Below, in pieces: positions 1 to 9,392 of a DNA stretch of 64,000 nt. The notes beneath the pieces are model-generated. The model saw only the letters and a program-made list of their open reading frames with translations, ran no database searches and was not told the origin of the DNA. A program made the position numbers and the translations under genes. Numbering within the stretch: the stretch's first letter is position 1; each line of letters opens with the position of its first letter. The DNA is taken from assembly GCA_016187485.1 (NCBI GenBank), contig JACPJO010000005.1:226385-290384 (forward strand), given 5' to 3'. The stretch comes from Candidatus Uhrbacteria bacterium (GTDB taxonomy: Bacteria; Patescibacteriota; Patescibacteriia; UBA9934; UBA10169).

Positions 1-818
1 TCGTCCAAAGCCTCCTGGAACGTACGTTTGAAAATGATAATGCCCGAAAGACGCACGCGTGTCGTTTCTTCAACAACATCTCGTGTATCCACGCGAAGCA
101 GCGTAAAGCGCCGACGGTCTTCGATCATCGGACTCACGCGCTCGATCTCAAGCGACTGCGCCGCAGATCGCCACTCTTCAGCAACGTCCTCCATATCCCA
201 CGTACCAAGATACCCATTGAGGACACTGGAGGAATCTTCGCTGTATTGAAGCACAACTTGATCAAATGGGACTCCTTCGGACAGGGCACGCGCAGCTTCT
301 TCTATCCGTTCACGGCGCGCGGACTGAAATGCTCGGCTCGACGCCACCCGTGTCTCGAGCATTCGCGCTTCCACATAAGGCCGCACAACGAGCCGCTTAA
401 ACGTCTCTGGCTCCCAATGAAAAACCTCTCGTATCTCTTCGGGGAGAGCGACACCTTCTGACGTAGATTGTAGGCGCAGATACGTGCTTTCCACCTCTGC
501 GTCGGAAACTACGACCCCCTCGCGTCTAAGCCAACGACGCACGACTCGCGTACGCACAATGGACTGAAACGCTTGGACATTCGCTTCGTGAGGGTCGAGT
601 TCGCTTCCGCGCCAGAGCGCCTGCGCCTGCAGACCGCCTGCAAGCGCAAGAACTTCCTTCATGGAGAAAAAAGACCCACCAACTCTTCCGGCGGGAAGAG
701 GAAGAATCTGCACAAATGGCTGCGTGACAGACGATCCAAGCGGCAACACAAAAAGGACAGCAAGCCAGAGAAGTCCCGCGACTAGCGCGGCCGTGCGTAG
801 ACGAATCGGCGTATTCAT
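1..818 (-). CDS. SurA/PrsA-like parvulin foldase (3' end runs off the window)
   Basis: Not in the ORF track. Manual translation from ATG at 818 (ATGA overlap with the upstream stop) gives MNTPIRLRTAALVAGLLWLAVLF..., an N-terminal TM segment, then ...FDQVVLQYSEDSSSVLNGYLG...VSPMIE..., a degenerate parvulin motif. Confidence 0.65.
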   Translation of the reverse strand, partial: MNTPIRLRTAALVAGLLWLAVLFVLPLGSSVTQPFVQILPLPAGRVGGSFFSMKEVLALAGGLQAQALWRGSELDPHEANVQAFQSIVRTRVVRRWLRREGVVVSDAEVESTYLRLQSTSEGVALPEEIREVFHWEPETFKRLVVRPYVEARMLETRVASSRAFQSARRERIEEAARALSEGVPFDQVVLQYSEDSSSVLNGYLGTWDMEDVAEEWRSAAQSLEIERVSPMIEDRRRFTLLRVDTRDVVEETTRVRLSGIIIFKRTFQEALD

Positions 819-1273
819 AGCCCGGCACGCTCTAAGCGTTTAAGACGATCGAACGACTCTGTATTAAAAAAGTACCAGTACCAGCGCGAGAAGTTTGATT
901 CCGGTAAAGCCGCCTCTGGTATCTCGCGCGCGTCCACCGCACCGATAGTCTCGGCCGTGGCTTCCTGCGATCCCTCTTCGTTAAGGATAAATACACGCTC
1001 GCCGGGTTTCACAAGACCAAGCCGCAAACGCGCTTCGCGCTCCAAAAACGTCTCCGATTCCAGTTGCGCATTTATGCGTGCAATCTCCACATTGCGGGCT
1101 TCCAATGCACGGCTCTGTTCTTCCAGCTCCGCAATCGTTTTTTGCACTTGATTGTTGCGCCACACTTCTCGCCCAAACGAGAGAGCAAGAAATAAAAAAA
1201 GCGCAAGGTTGATCGCCAAGACCACCCGTTGTCGCAAAAGATGGCGCGCGGAAACTAACATCGGCCGACTCAT
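815..1273 (-). CDS. Septum formation initiator (FtsB/DivIC family)
   Basis: One TM helix, a coiled coil, then EREARLRLGLVKPGERVF. Confidence 0.85.
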   Translation of the reverse strand: MSRPMLVSARHLLRQRVVLAINLALFLFLALSFGREVWRNNQVQKTIAELEEQSRALEARNVEIARINAQLESETFLEREARLRLGLVKPGERVFILNEEGSQEATAETIGAVDAREIPEAALPESNFSRWYWYFFNTESFDRLKRLERAGL

Positions 1274-1764
1274 AGACGGGAAACGGACGGACGTTCAGCA
1301 AGAAGAAAAAGAATTTTTTCTTGAATGGCCCGTACGCGCGGCAGCATTCCCGAAACAGTGCGAGCACCGCCTTCCGTTTCTACGCGTATTTTACCATACC
1401 CAAACAAAGCGGAGAGGCCTCGCTGTCGCGCCTGTACGCTTTTCAAACGCGCAAGCGGCATCTCTTCTACATCTTTGGAGAATACTCCTCGTTGGTGCAT
1501 CCACACAACACGCAGAGACGTTACAACAAACCGTGTGCGGGAAAAACGGCGCCAGGAAGAAAAGAGAAACATCAACCCCGAGACGAGCAGGACGACGAAG
1601 AGAAACACCCCAACGGTTCCTTCACGCAGAAGCAGAGCGATGAAAAACAATGGGGCAAGCGTCCATGCGCCGCCGATAACAAATCGCGGAATCCACAAAA
1701 GGAGAGGCGCACGGACATCCAATTCCAGGGTCTCTCCGGGCGTGAGAAGGAGGAAAGTTTTCAT
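1270..1764 (-). CDS. Membrane protein with bacterial PH domain (bPH_2/DUF304-like)
   Basis: Two TM helices, then VVTSLRVV...GVFSK...LFGYGKIRVET. Confidence 0.75.
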   Translation of the reverse strand: MKTFLLLTPGETLELDVRAPLLLWIPRFVIGGAWTLAPLFFIALLLREGTVGVFLFVVLLVSGLMFLFSSWRRFSRTRFVVTSLRVVWMHQRGVFSKDVEEMPLARLKSVQARQRGLSALFGYGKIRVETEGGARTVSGMLPRVRAIQEKILFLLAERPSVSRL

Positions 1765-3002
1765 AGCATTTTGCGAAGAGCCTCACGGATAACGACACGG
1801 TCGTCCCACGGGATCCTTTTCCCGCCGGCAACAACGATAGCCTGTTCGCTTGCTTTTCCCGTCACCAAGACGAGATCGCGCGGTTGTGCAAGTGAGAGAG
1901 CGCGCGCGATAGCCTCACCGCGGTCCAAAATTTTGAGCACCTCCGCCCGTTTCCCCTCTGGCGCAGAGTCAGCTCCGGCAGCAACGTCGTTAATGATCTG
2001 TTCCGGGTCTTCATCGTATGGATCTTCATTTGTCACAATCATCACTTGCGCACGTTGCGCAATGAAAGCACCCACCACGGGACGCTTATCGCGATCACGT
2101 CCGCCGCCCGCCGCGCCGGTAACGTGAATGATGCGATTGTGTGGAATCGTCGTAACAGCTTCGTAGAGTTTGGCGAGCGCGCGCGGCTCGAAGGCGTAAT
2201 CCACAATAACCATGAACGACTGACCTTCATCAATCTGCTCAAGCCGCCCCGGAATACACGTGACCGACTCAATCGCACGTGTGACCTTCGCGCGATCAAA
2301 CCCGAGAACCTCGGCCACCGCGCGGGCAAGTTTTGCATTTATCTGCATGTGAGCGCCGGGAATACGGAGGGCAAGATCGGTCTCCGCACTTGGCCGCACG
2401 ACAACGAGACGATCCACAGGAAAAATCGCGGCTTGCTTTGCTCCATTGTCTTCCCCATTCACCACAATCGCTTTTTCGATACGCTTCCCCGTAATGATCT
2501 TGTGCGGGCACGCACCAAGTTTTTTGAATAGCTTCATTTTTTCCGCACGATAGTTTTCGAAACTTCCGTGAGATTCAATATGCTCTGGATACAAGTTCGT
2601 AAAAACGCAGACATCGTAGTGCACGCCCGCATGTCGGTATTGCTTGATACCTTCCGATGTCGTCTCGATAATCGCGTGTGTGCAATCGGCACTCGCCATC
2701 CCGCGAAGAAGTTTTTGGAGCTGGAACCGGCCAACCATAGTCATTTTTTTGTCATTGAGCCGTTCCTGCTCACCCACCTTGAAAAGAATCGTCGAAGCCA
2801 TACCCACACGTGCGCCGCACGCTTCAAGTGCACGCGCCAAAAGGTAGCACGTCGTCGACTTCCCACTCGTGCCAGTTACGCCGATCACGACCATGCGCTC
2901 CGACGGGCGGCCATAAAGAATCGCCGAAAGAATCGCGAGGACATAATGATACGCACCGATCGCAAATGCCGGCGCCAGCTTGCGCAAAAAACCCTTTATC
3001 AT
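1761..3002 (-). CDS. murE: MurE-family Mur ligase (short CPR type)
   Basis: GVTGTSGKSTT P-loop, FTNLYPEH, PGRLE, VDYA, GGGRD, VLVTGK. Confidence 0.85.
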   Translation of the reverse strand: MIKGFLRKLAPAFAIGAYHYVLAILSAILYGRPSERMVVIGVTGTSGKSTTCYLLARALEACGARVGMASTILFKVGEQERLNDKKMTMVGRFQLQKLLRGMASADCTHAIIETTSEGIKQYRHAGVHYDVCVFTNLYPEHIESHGSFENYRAEKMKLFKKLGACPHKIITGKRIEKAIVVNGEDNGAKQAAIFPVDRLVVVRPSAETDLALRIPGAHMQINAKLARAVAEVLGFDRAKVTRAIESVTCIPGRLEQIDEGQSFMVIVDYAFEPRALAKLYEAVTTIPHNRIIHVTGAAGGGRDRDKRPVVGAFIAQRAQVMIVTNEDPYDEDPEQIINDVAAGADSAPEGKRAEVLKILDRGEAIARALSLAQPRDLVLVTGKASEQAIVVAGGKRIPWDDRVVIREALRKML

Positions 3003-3148
3003 GGAGGTATTCTAGCGTCTTTTGCTAAGCTCCTCAAGCGCCTGCTTCTTTGATCCATTCGCAGAGACACTTGCCCAAACCGCCCGGCAATTCTCGTAAA
3101 AAGACCACTAGCGTTACCTAGACATTTTTTTGATATAATCCATCCGCT

Positions 3149-3673
3149 ATGTTCTTGGAATTCTTCAGAAGACACAAAAAGTTCTCCTACCCGCTCGACA
3201 TCTCTGACGCACAAACAGGGGAAATGCTTAAGGGATGCGTGCCGAAGGATCAACTGTACAAGACTGGTCCTTTTTACTGTGATCTCAGTCCTAGTTCACA
3301 CAACGGGCCATACCAACGAGCTATCGATTTCATCGTGAAAGACGGGTCCATCGTATACGCCTCAAGAAGCGGACGAGTTGTCGATATGGTAGAAGCACAC
3401 AGCACGTACGGCCCCGGACCAGCATTCGCGGATAAGCTCAACTACATTACGATCGACCACGGTGATTGCCTTAGTCAGTATGGACACCTCCAAAAAGGTT
3501 CCCCGAGCATGTACGGGATACGTGCAGGAAAACAGGTTATGCGAGGCCAAGTAATCGGTATTGTCGGTAAGACTGGTTGGGTAGACTATGGCGAACAAGG
3601 AGATCATCTTCATTTTATGGTTTTTGTAGAAGACAAAAAAGGGTTTCACAGTATTTCTGTTGATTTCATATAA
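3149..3673 (+). CDS. M23 family metallopeptidase
   Basis: H...AIDF, YGHL, G.VI..VG.TG and HLHF motifs; TATAAT at 3134-3139. Confidence 0.85.
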   Translation: MFLEFFRRHKKFSYPLDISDAQTGEMLKGCVPKDQLYKTGPFYCDLSPSSHNGPYQRAIDFIVKDGSIVYASRSGRVVDMVEAHSTYGPGPAFADKLNYITIDHGDCLSQYGHLQKGSPSMYGIRAGKQVMRGQVIGIVGKTGWVDYGEQGDHLHFMVFVEDKKGFHSISVDFI

Positions 3674-3678
3674 AATCT

Positions 3679-4881
3679 ATGAATACTCCTTCTCCATTTA
3701 TAGGAAAAACGGTCGGCGTTTTTTTTGGAGGAAAAAGTCCGGAACATGACGTTTCTATTATCACTGGGCTTTTGGTTTTAGATGAATTGGCAAAACTTGG
3801 AATCTTAAGTGAGCCGATTTACATAGGAACAGATGGCGCGTGGTGTATGGGTCAGCTGTTACGAGAAAGAAGCTTTCTCCAAGGTATCCATTCTCACGAT
3901 TTATACCCTCTTCAAAGGTGGTCGTTGGATACCCGCCACCGCACACCACGGCTTATTTTGACACGAAGGCCATCTTTTCTCTCACGCCGAGAGCAAAAGA
4001 TCATTGACATTGCCTTCCCCGTGTTCCACGGGGCATACGGTGAGGATGGTTGCTTCCAGGGACTTTGCGAAACTCTAGGCGTGCCCTACGTGGGTTGCGG
4101 CGTTGAGGGAAGCGCCATCGCAATGAATAAGATTCTTACAAAACAGTTTTTTCAGCAGCACGGGGTACAAACCACGCCCTTCGTCGGTTTCTCCGAAGCG
4201 GACTGGAAGTCAGACGCAAACTCCATCAAACGAAGGATCAATGAGACACTGACTTTCCCGGTTTTTGTGAAGCCATCGCATGCGGGCTCGTCTATTGGCA
4301 TTTCACGAGTAAAAAAACTTGAGGCTATAGAGGAGGCAATAGAGGCATCCTTTGAATTTGATACTCATTGCGTTATTGAAAGCGGTATTTCTCCGGTTCG
4401 CGACTTGACATGTTGTGTAAGAGAGTGTGCGAGTAGCTCTCCCAAAGCGTCGCTCGTTCAAGACTCCAGTTTTGGAAAAAGTGAGTTTTTTACGTACAAA
4501 GAGAAATACTTGCAAAGCGACGGCACTCATCTGGACGGAGCAGGAGAAAGTTTCACTATTCCCGCAGAGATACCTGTGGCAACCTCTAAAAATATCCAGG
4601 AGACTTCCGTTGCGATATTTAAAGAGCTCGGCCTCTCGGGAATTTCGCGAGTTGACTTCTTGTATAACCCAGAGACGTCCCAGCTCTATGCAAACGAGAT
4701 CAACCCGATGCCAGGAACACTCTACGAGCATCTGTGGAAGAAGAGTGGTGTCGAACCGAAAGAACTTATTTTAGATTTACTCGATGTTGCGATTCGTAAA
4801 CACACGGAAACCATTAAGAAGAACAAATACTTCCATTCACCGCTCTTATCAGATATGCAAGGACAAAAACTTTCTAAGTAG
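3679..4881 (+). CDS. ddl: D-alanine--D-alanine ligase
   Basis: FGGKSPEHDVS, HGAYGEDG, VKP..AGSSIG, YKEKY, SRVDF, NEINPMPG. Confidence 0.93.
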   Translation: MNTPSPFIGKTVGVFFGGKSPEHDVSIITGLLVLDELAKLGILSEPIYIGTDGAWCMGQLLRERSFLQGIHSHDLYPLQRWSLDTRHRTPRLILTRRPSFLSRREQKIIDIAFPVFHGAYGEDGCFQGLCETLGVPYVGCGVEGSAIAMNKILTKQFFQQHGVQTTPFVGFSEADWKSDANSIKRRINETLTFPVFVKPSHAGSSIGISRVKKLEAIEEAIEASFEFDTHCVIESGISPVRDLTCCVRECASSSPKASLVQDSSFGKSEFFTYKEKYLQSDGTHLDGAGESFTIPAEIPVATSKNIQETSVAIFKELGLSGISRVDFLYNPETSQLYANEINPMPGTLYEHLWKKSGVEPKELILDLLDVAIRKHTETIKKNKYFHSPLLSDMQGQKLSK

Positions 4882-4898
4882 CCAAGTGAGCTTCCTAA

Positions 4899-4920
4899 CA
4901 AACATTCAATTGAATGTTTG
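4899..4920. terminator. 22-bp perfect palindrome between convergent ddl and NUDIX genes
   Basis: caaacattcaattgaatgtttg. Confidence 0.5.
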
Positions 4921-4944
4921 GGGAGAGGTTAAAATGGAGTAAAA

Positions 4945-4983
4945 CAAAGTTAACTATTCGCTTATTCGCACGAATTAGAGAAG
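4945..4983. repeat. Dispersed ~35-bp repeat, copy 1
   Basis: caaagttaactattcgcttattcgcacgaattagagaag; nearly identical to 9351-9388 and similar to 7578-7606. Confidence 0.85.
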
Positions 4984-5508
4984 GATGGACGTTTTTTCGA
5001 GAGCCGCTAGCGCCAGAAGCCCTGTTGTCGTATCAGTAAGATCCCCCGTAGCAAGGTGATTGCGAAATTCGTCGACCGGCATGAGAATCACATCGATCTT
5101 TTCGTCTTCATCTGTATGAGGTTCTGTTACTTTCCGGCAATGGGTCGCAAGAAAATGATATCGTCGACAAGTTGAGTATGCACAATCCCATGTTGAACCC
5201 ACGAGGACGAGATCTCCTTCGTAACCTGTCTCTTCTAAAAGCTCACGACGCATGGCTTGGAGAGGCTCTTCCCCCACATTCATACCACCGCCAGGAAGTT
5301 CGCGTAAAATACTCCCGGGTCCTGGACGAAATTGCGCGGCGAGAACAGCGTGTCCATCTTCCGTAATAGGAAGACTACAGACCGTATTGCCCTCCAGTTT
5401 TACATCAATGTCTATCTCACGATCATCATCACACCGATACGTCCGCCGTTCGATTTTCCGATACCCATCATAAACAAGTTTCTTCGATACGAGTTCCCAT
5501 GGTTTCAT
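4975..5508 (-). CDS. NUDIX hydrolase (ADP-ribose pyrophosphatase-like)
   Basis: Nudix box ELPGG...AMRRELLEETGY; start reassigned to MKPWELVS (ATG at 5508). Confidence 0.9.
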   Translation of the reverse strand: MKPWELVSKKLVYDGYRKIERRTYRCDDDREIDIDVKLEGNTVCSLPITEDGHAVLAAQFRPGPGSILRELPGGGMNVGEEPLQAMRRELLEETGYEGDLVLVGSTWDCAYSTCRRYHFLATHCRKVTEPHTDEDEKIDVILMPVDEFRNHLATGDLTDTTTGLLALAALEKTSILL

Positions 5509-5544
5509 AGCCGCTCTAGGATACACCCATTCGTGCACAAACCA

Positions 5545-5572
5545 AACCCCGCCCTTCGCGAAGGGCGGGGTT
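5545..5572 (-). terminator. GC-rich hairpin downstream of tRNA-like gene 1
   Basis: Perfect 28-bp palindrome aaccccgcccttcgcgaagggcggggtt. Confidence 0.75.
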
Positions 5573-5601
5573 GGCGGTCTCGGGCGAAATCTTTCGATCT
5601 C

Positions 5602-5678
5602 TGGTGGACCTGACCGGGGTCGAACCGGCAACTCTAGGTGGCAACCATAGCGAGGTTACCGATTACCTCTACAGGCCC
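5602..5678 (-). tRNA. Atypical tRNA-like gene 1: Ala identity (G3·U70, A73), aberrant anticodon arm (TGC in the canonical register, GCC if shifted by 1 nt)
   Basis: GGGCCTG TA GAGG TAATCGGTAA CCTC G CTATG GTTGCCA CCTAG AGTT GCCGG TTCGACC CCGGT CAGGTCC A CCA. Confidence 0.85.
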
Positions 5679-5689
5679 GTACCCGAGGT

Positions 5690-5783
5690 AAAAATAAATA
5701 CAACTCTACTCATGAAGAGGGAGAGTTGTATCTTGCCACCTAGTTGAGCCCTTTGGGCTTCACCCAAAGACCTCGCTACGGTA
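5690..5783 (-). ncRNA. Putative anti-tRNA leader/sRNA 1
   Basis: Segments 5770-5782 and 5733-5743 are complementary to the tRNA-1 D-stem and anticodon arm. They flank an internal hairpin (5751-5769) and are followed by hairpin 5698-5731 plus a U-rich tail. Confidence 0.7.
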
Positions 5784-5788
5784 TCCCT

Positions 5789-5817
5789 ATTTCACCATAC
5801 TTTTTCTCTTCTGTCAA
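5789..5817 (-). promoter_or_regulatory. Sigma70-type promoter of cassette 1
   Basis: TTGACA-17 nt-TGAAAT on the minus strand; homologous to 30310-30338. Confidence 0.75.
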
Positions 5818-5834
5818 CCGATTCTGGGGAAAAG

Positions 5835-7574
5835 TCATCCGTTTTTCTCGAGATACGCCAGATAACAATCACGACACAGAATACGTCGGTTTGGGTACCT
5901 ACGGCAAACAGTTACAAGAAGCGGCTTGCTACATTTTGTACACACGCGATTCTCAAACTGCGCGATTTGCGCTGACCACGACATCTGCTGCATACGTGGA
6001 ATAAAGTGCTCGCCGGGTGGAGCAATCCTCCATTTTCGGTAGTGCTCAACTTCCGGCTTCAAGAAGGAGAACGCACGCTTTGCCTGCTCGTCATAGATCG
6101 GAACGCCAATCCATGCGTCCGTGAGATCATCAATATTGTCGGGAATGTCCGCTAATTGGCGCGTCTTAGACATATCGTATCGATCGACACCCGTTGCACC
6201 CGCGTCTGTCGGAAGAAATTGGTTACCTCCAAGGATGCGTAGATCTTCTTCTGTGGAGCCTGCATACAACACCGAGCCAGACTCGGGAATGTACGAGGAG
6301 GAAAATGTCGTTGGGAAAATAGATCCGTATGTACCCTCGTCCATCATCGCGCACTCCATTGCGTCCACCGTCTTCCAGTACTCCTCTTCCGTGTACGGTT
6401 TGTTCAGAATGTGAAACTCCTTGTGCGCCAGACCGACGCATCCAAAACAGTTTCGACAATCGCGGCAGACCATGCAGTATTCGCTGTCCTCGCAACGCAC
6501 GGAACGATAACAAAACTTGAGACGATTCGAATCTGGACACGTTTCCACGCTGTAACTCTCATTCGTATTCACAGCTCCCCACGCATACGCGTTGCCTTGC
6601 GAAGCGCCGTATAACCATGCAGAGCGAAAATTATCCACGGCCGTGTCTTCCGAATCAAAGCAGAAATGACATCGTGTCGCGTTGTGGAGATAGTCTCCCG
6701 TTGCATCTGTCCCGCCGACGTTAAAGTTTTCGGGCCAAAAGGCGTGTGTAAGCAGCAGTTCGTCGAATCGCTTTGACCATTCATCAACAATCGAGCGCTT
6801 TCCAAGATCGATCGCCGCTATACGAGCTCGATACTCTCCTTCGGAAAGCTGTTCATTCATGAATAAAAACTTTCGATTCCGTTTGTTCGTGGCGCCAAAA
6901 CAGTGTTCGCAATTTCGGCAGTCAAAGAGAAAGGCTGACTCGAGACAGTCCTGTGATTCGCGCGCGTACCGACAACGATACATGCGATGAGAATGTGAAA
7001 TGTGGTGTGATTCTTTCACGCCAGAGGAAAGGTACACGACCGAGGAATCTTCCGTGTCCATGGCACCGACACCGAAAAACGTGCGTTTGCTCTGACATGC
7101 AAAAACAAAATAACTGTTCTGATCTCCAAAGGAGAGGAGTGCCAGTGAGTTTTCTGGCGGTACGATGTTTGCGGTTGCAAAAAACGGTACGCGGAGTTCG
7201 AGCGCACGCAGTTGTTCGAAAAATGGTTTCGAGAGGTCAAGCGTTTCATGGGTATTCGAAAAATCCTGCTCATACCATTCGGCATCGGGCAGCACGCGGA
7301 TGCCGGAGGCTGGGTGATGAAAGGAGAGGATAGGTTCCCCCGTTCGCGCATGTTTGTTCCACCAAAATTGAAAACCGATATCAAAATACCCTGCCCATTT
7401 CCATCGCGTATTCGGCGACAACTCCGACGGCGGGACATTAAACTTCTTGTACCACCCGATTTCCTCCTCGGTCATCATCCATTTCTCGCCCGTCAAAGCA
7501 CACACCCGCTCACCGAGTTTTGCGGCGTCGAGGACGGCTTTTACCTTCAAATCGTAGTTGGGAGTTTTACTCAT
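5835..7574 (-). CDS. CPR-type cysteine-rich repeat protein with a C-terminal zinc ribbon (paralog A)
   Basis: DCRNCEHCFG and CRDCRNCFGCVGL repeats; C-terminal CTKC...CRDCY. Confidence 0.85.
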   Translation of the reverse strand: MSKTPNYDLKVKAVLDAAKLGERVCALTGEKWMMTEEEIGWYKKFNVPPSELSPNTRWKWAGYFDIGFQFWWNKHARTGEPILSFHHPASGIRVLPDAEWYEQDFSNTHETLDLSKPFFEQLRALELRVPFFATANIVPPENSLALLSFGDQNSYFVFACQSKRTFFGVGAMDTEDSSVVYLSSGVKESHHISHSHRMYRCRYARESQDCLESAFLFDCRNCEHCFGATNKRNRKFLFMNEQLSEGEYRARIAAIDLGKRSIVDEWSKRFDELLLTHAFWPENFNVGGTDATGDYLHNATRCHFCFDSEDTAVDNFRSAWLYGASQGNAYAWGAVNTNESYSVETCPDSNRLKFCYRSVRCEDSEYCMVCRDCRNCFGCVGLAHKEFHILNKPYTEEEYWKTVDAMECAMMDEGTYGSIFPTTFSSSYIPESGSVLYAGSTEEDLRILGGNQFLPTDAGATGVDRYDMSKTRQLADIPDNIDDLTDAWIGVPIYDEQAKRAFSFLKPEVEHYRKWRIAPPGEHFIPRMQQMSWSAQIAQFENRVCTKCSKPLLVTVCRRYPNRRILCRDCYLAYLEKNG

Positions 7575-7577
7575 AAT

Positions 7578-7606
7578 GTAACTATTCTCTTATTCTCACG
7601 AATTAG
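7578..7606. repeat. Dispersed repeat, copy 2 (just upstream of paralog A)
   Basis: gtaactattctcttattctcacgaattag. Confidence 0.75.
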
Positions 7607-7611
7607 CCGAG

Positions 7612-9351
7612 TTAGCTGTTCTTTTCGAGATACTCCAGATAGCACGGCCTGCAATAGATCGTTCTCTTCCGGTACGTCTGGTTAATTGTTACAAGCAGGG
7701 CCTTCGCGCACTTGCCACACGTCGTTTCTTTCCATACCTCGGAGTTTGCTTCCCTCCAGAAAGAGTAGACGCGGTCAATGAAATGACTCGTGGGAGGCGC
7801 AAGACGGTGCTTGCGGTAGAAATCAAGCTCGGGTTTGAGGTAGGAAAAACGTCGTTTGATGTTCGCGTCGTAGATCGGAACACCAAGCCAGTCCTCATCC
7901 TTCATGTCGTCAATGCAATCCGGAACGTCGTTTGTGCTACGTAACTTGCTCTCGTCAATCTCTCCAACAGCACCACCTGACTCCGGCTCAAAATCCAAAG
8001 GATGAAAGTCCTCGTTCCTTGCTGCCGTTTCCGGATACTGCACAACACCACCGTCCGGCCAGTAACCGACGAAAAAGCTCGCGGGAAAAAACATCCCATA
8101 CTCCCCTCGCTCAAGCATCGCCACTTTCACTTCGTCAAGTTTGGCGTAGTACTCCTCTTCCGTGTACTGCTTGTTGAAAAGGCAAAATCGTTTTCGCTGA
8201 AGTCCGAAGCATCCAAAACAATCTTCACAGTTGTAACAGTAGTAACAATACTCGACGCTCTGGCAATCCTGAATAGAGTACGAAAACGCACACTTCGCGC
8301 AGCGTGGGGCGATATTGCAAAGATAGATCTCACTCGCACTCATCGGTGCGCCAGAGAACGCACAGGCAGAACACTCCCCGTACGGATAGGAGACGTGATA
8401 GAGGTCTCGATACGGACCGTTCATGCCAGCAAAGACGAACTTGCAGTCCACGGCGTTAACCATGTACTCACCGATGACATCGGTACATTTTTCATTAAAG
8501 TTCTCTGGCCATACTGTATTCCTTTCCATGAGATCAAGGAATCGCGCCTTGTATTTCTCGAGTTCCGACCGTCGAGAGAGATCAACTTCCGCAAGGCGTT
8601 TTTCGTACTCGCTTTTTGAGAGTTGCTCATTGAACCAGAGGTACTGTTTATTGCGCTTGTTCGTTGCTCCAAAACATTTTTGGCAGTTGCGGCAGTCAAA
8701 AAGAAAGAGTGAATCGATGCAATCAAAACAGATGTGCGCAAACTTACAGTTGTGCATGCGGTGAGACTGCAAGATACGAAACGAGGAACTTATATTACTC
8801 CCGGCCGATGACTCGGCTGAATCTTCGAGCATGTAGGTATCGGTACTGTAAAAACTGTTCTTCGACTTGCACGCGCAGACGAAGTAACTGTTCACGTCAC
8901 CGATGGAGGAGATCGTAATGGAGTTGTGCGGCTGTTCGATGTTGCGCGAGGCAGGATAAGGGATTTTCAGCTGAAGCTCGCGCATCTGTTCAAAGAAGGA
9001 ACGCTCGAGATGGATAACGTCCTGAACAATGTGTGAAAAGTCTTCCCCAAACCATTCCTCGTCAGGAAGCGTCTGCAAACCGGTGGACGGATGGACCGTC
9101 GAGACAAACCGCTTCCCTGTCTTTGGGTGCGTGCGATACCAAAATTGATACATCTCAAAATACCCTACGACTTCTTTCATCCTCGTTTCCGGCGACCACG
9201 GATGCGGTGGCACATTGAACTTCTTGTACCACCCAATTTCCTCCTCCGTCATCTCCCATTTCTCCCCCGTCAACGCACAAACTCGCTCGCCTGGTTGTAC
9301 AGTATCGAGAATCGCTTTTACTTTGGCATCGTAGTTGGGAGTTTTGCTCAC
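7612..9351 (-). CDS. CPR-type cysteine-rich repeat protein (paralog B)
   Basis: Same length (579 aa) as paralog A, with a near-identical N-terminus MSKTPNYD.KVKA; GTG start. Confidence 0.85.
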   Translation of the reverse strand: MSKTPNYDAKVKAILDTVQPGERVCALTGEKWEMTEEEIGWYKKFNVPPHPWSPETRMKEVVGYFEMYQFWYRTHPKTGKRFVSTVHPSTGLQTLPDEEWFGEDFSHIVQDVIHLERSFFEQMRELQLKIPYPASRNIEQPHNSITISSIGDVNSYFVCACKSKNSFYSTDTYMLEDSAESSAGSNISSSFRILQSHRMHNCKFAHICFDCIDSLFLFDCRNCQKCFGATNKRNKQYLWFNEQLSKSEYEKRLAEVDLSRRSELEKYKARFLDLMERNTVWPENFNEKCTDVIGEYMVNAVDCKFVFAGMNGPYRDLYHVSYPYGECSACAFSGAPMSASEIYLCNIAPRCAKCAFSYSIQDCQSVEYCYYCYNCEDCFGCFGLQRKRFCLFNKQYTEEEYYAKLDEVKVAMLERGEYGMFFPASFFVGYWPDGGVVQYPETAARNEDFHPLDFEPESGGAVGEIDESKLRSTNDVPDCIDDMKDEDWLGVPIYDANIKRRFSYLKPELDFYRKHRLAPPTSHFIDRVYSFWREANSEVWKETTCGKCAKALLVTINQTYRKRTIYCRPCYLEYLEKNS

Positions 9352-9388
9352 AAAGTAACTATTCGCCTATTCGCGCGAATTAGAGAAG
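9351..9388. repeat. Dispersed repeat, copy 3 (just upstream of paralog B)
   Basis: caaagtaactattcgcctattcgcgcgaattagagaag. Confidence 0.85.
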
Positions 9389-9392
9389 ACGG

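Noticed and set aside
5509..5631. N-terminal extension of the NUDIX ORF in the track
   Set aside because: It runs through the tRNA-like gene and its terminator; ATG at 5508 has a -10 box and matches the paralog's N-terminus.
5602..5783. tmRNA (one- or two-piece) as the explanation for the G3·U70 tRNA-like genes
   Set aside because: Both have a complete D-stem and a closed 76-77 nt cloverleaf, with no tag reading frame or pseudoknot region.
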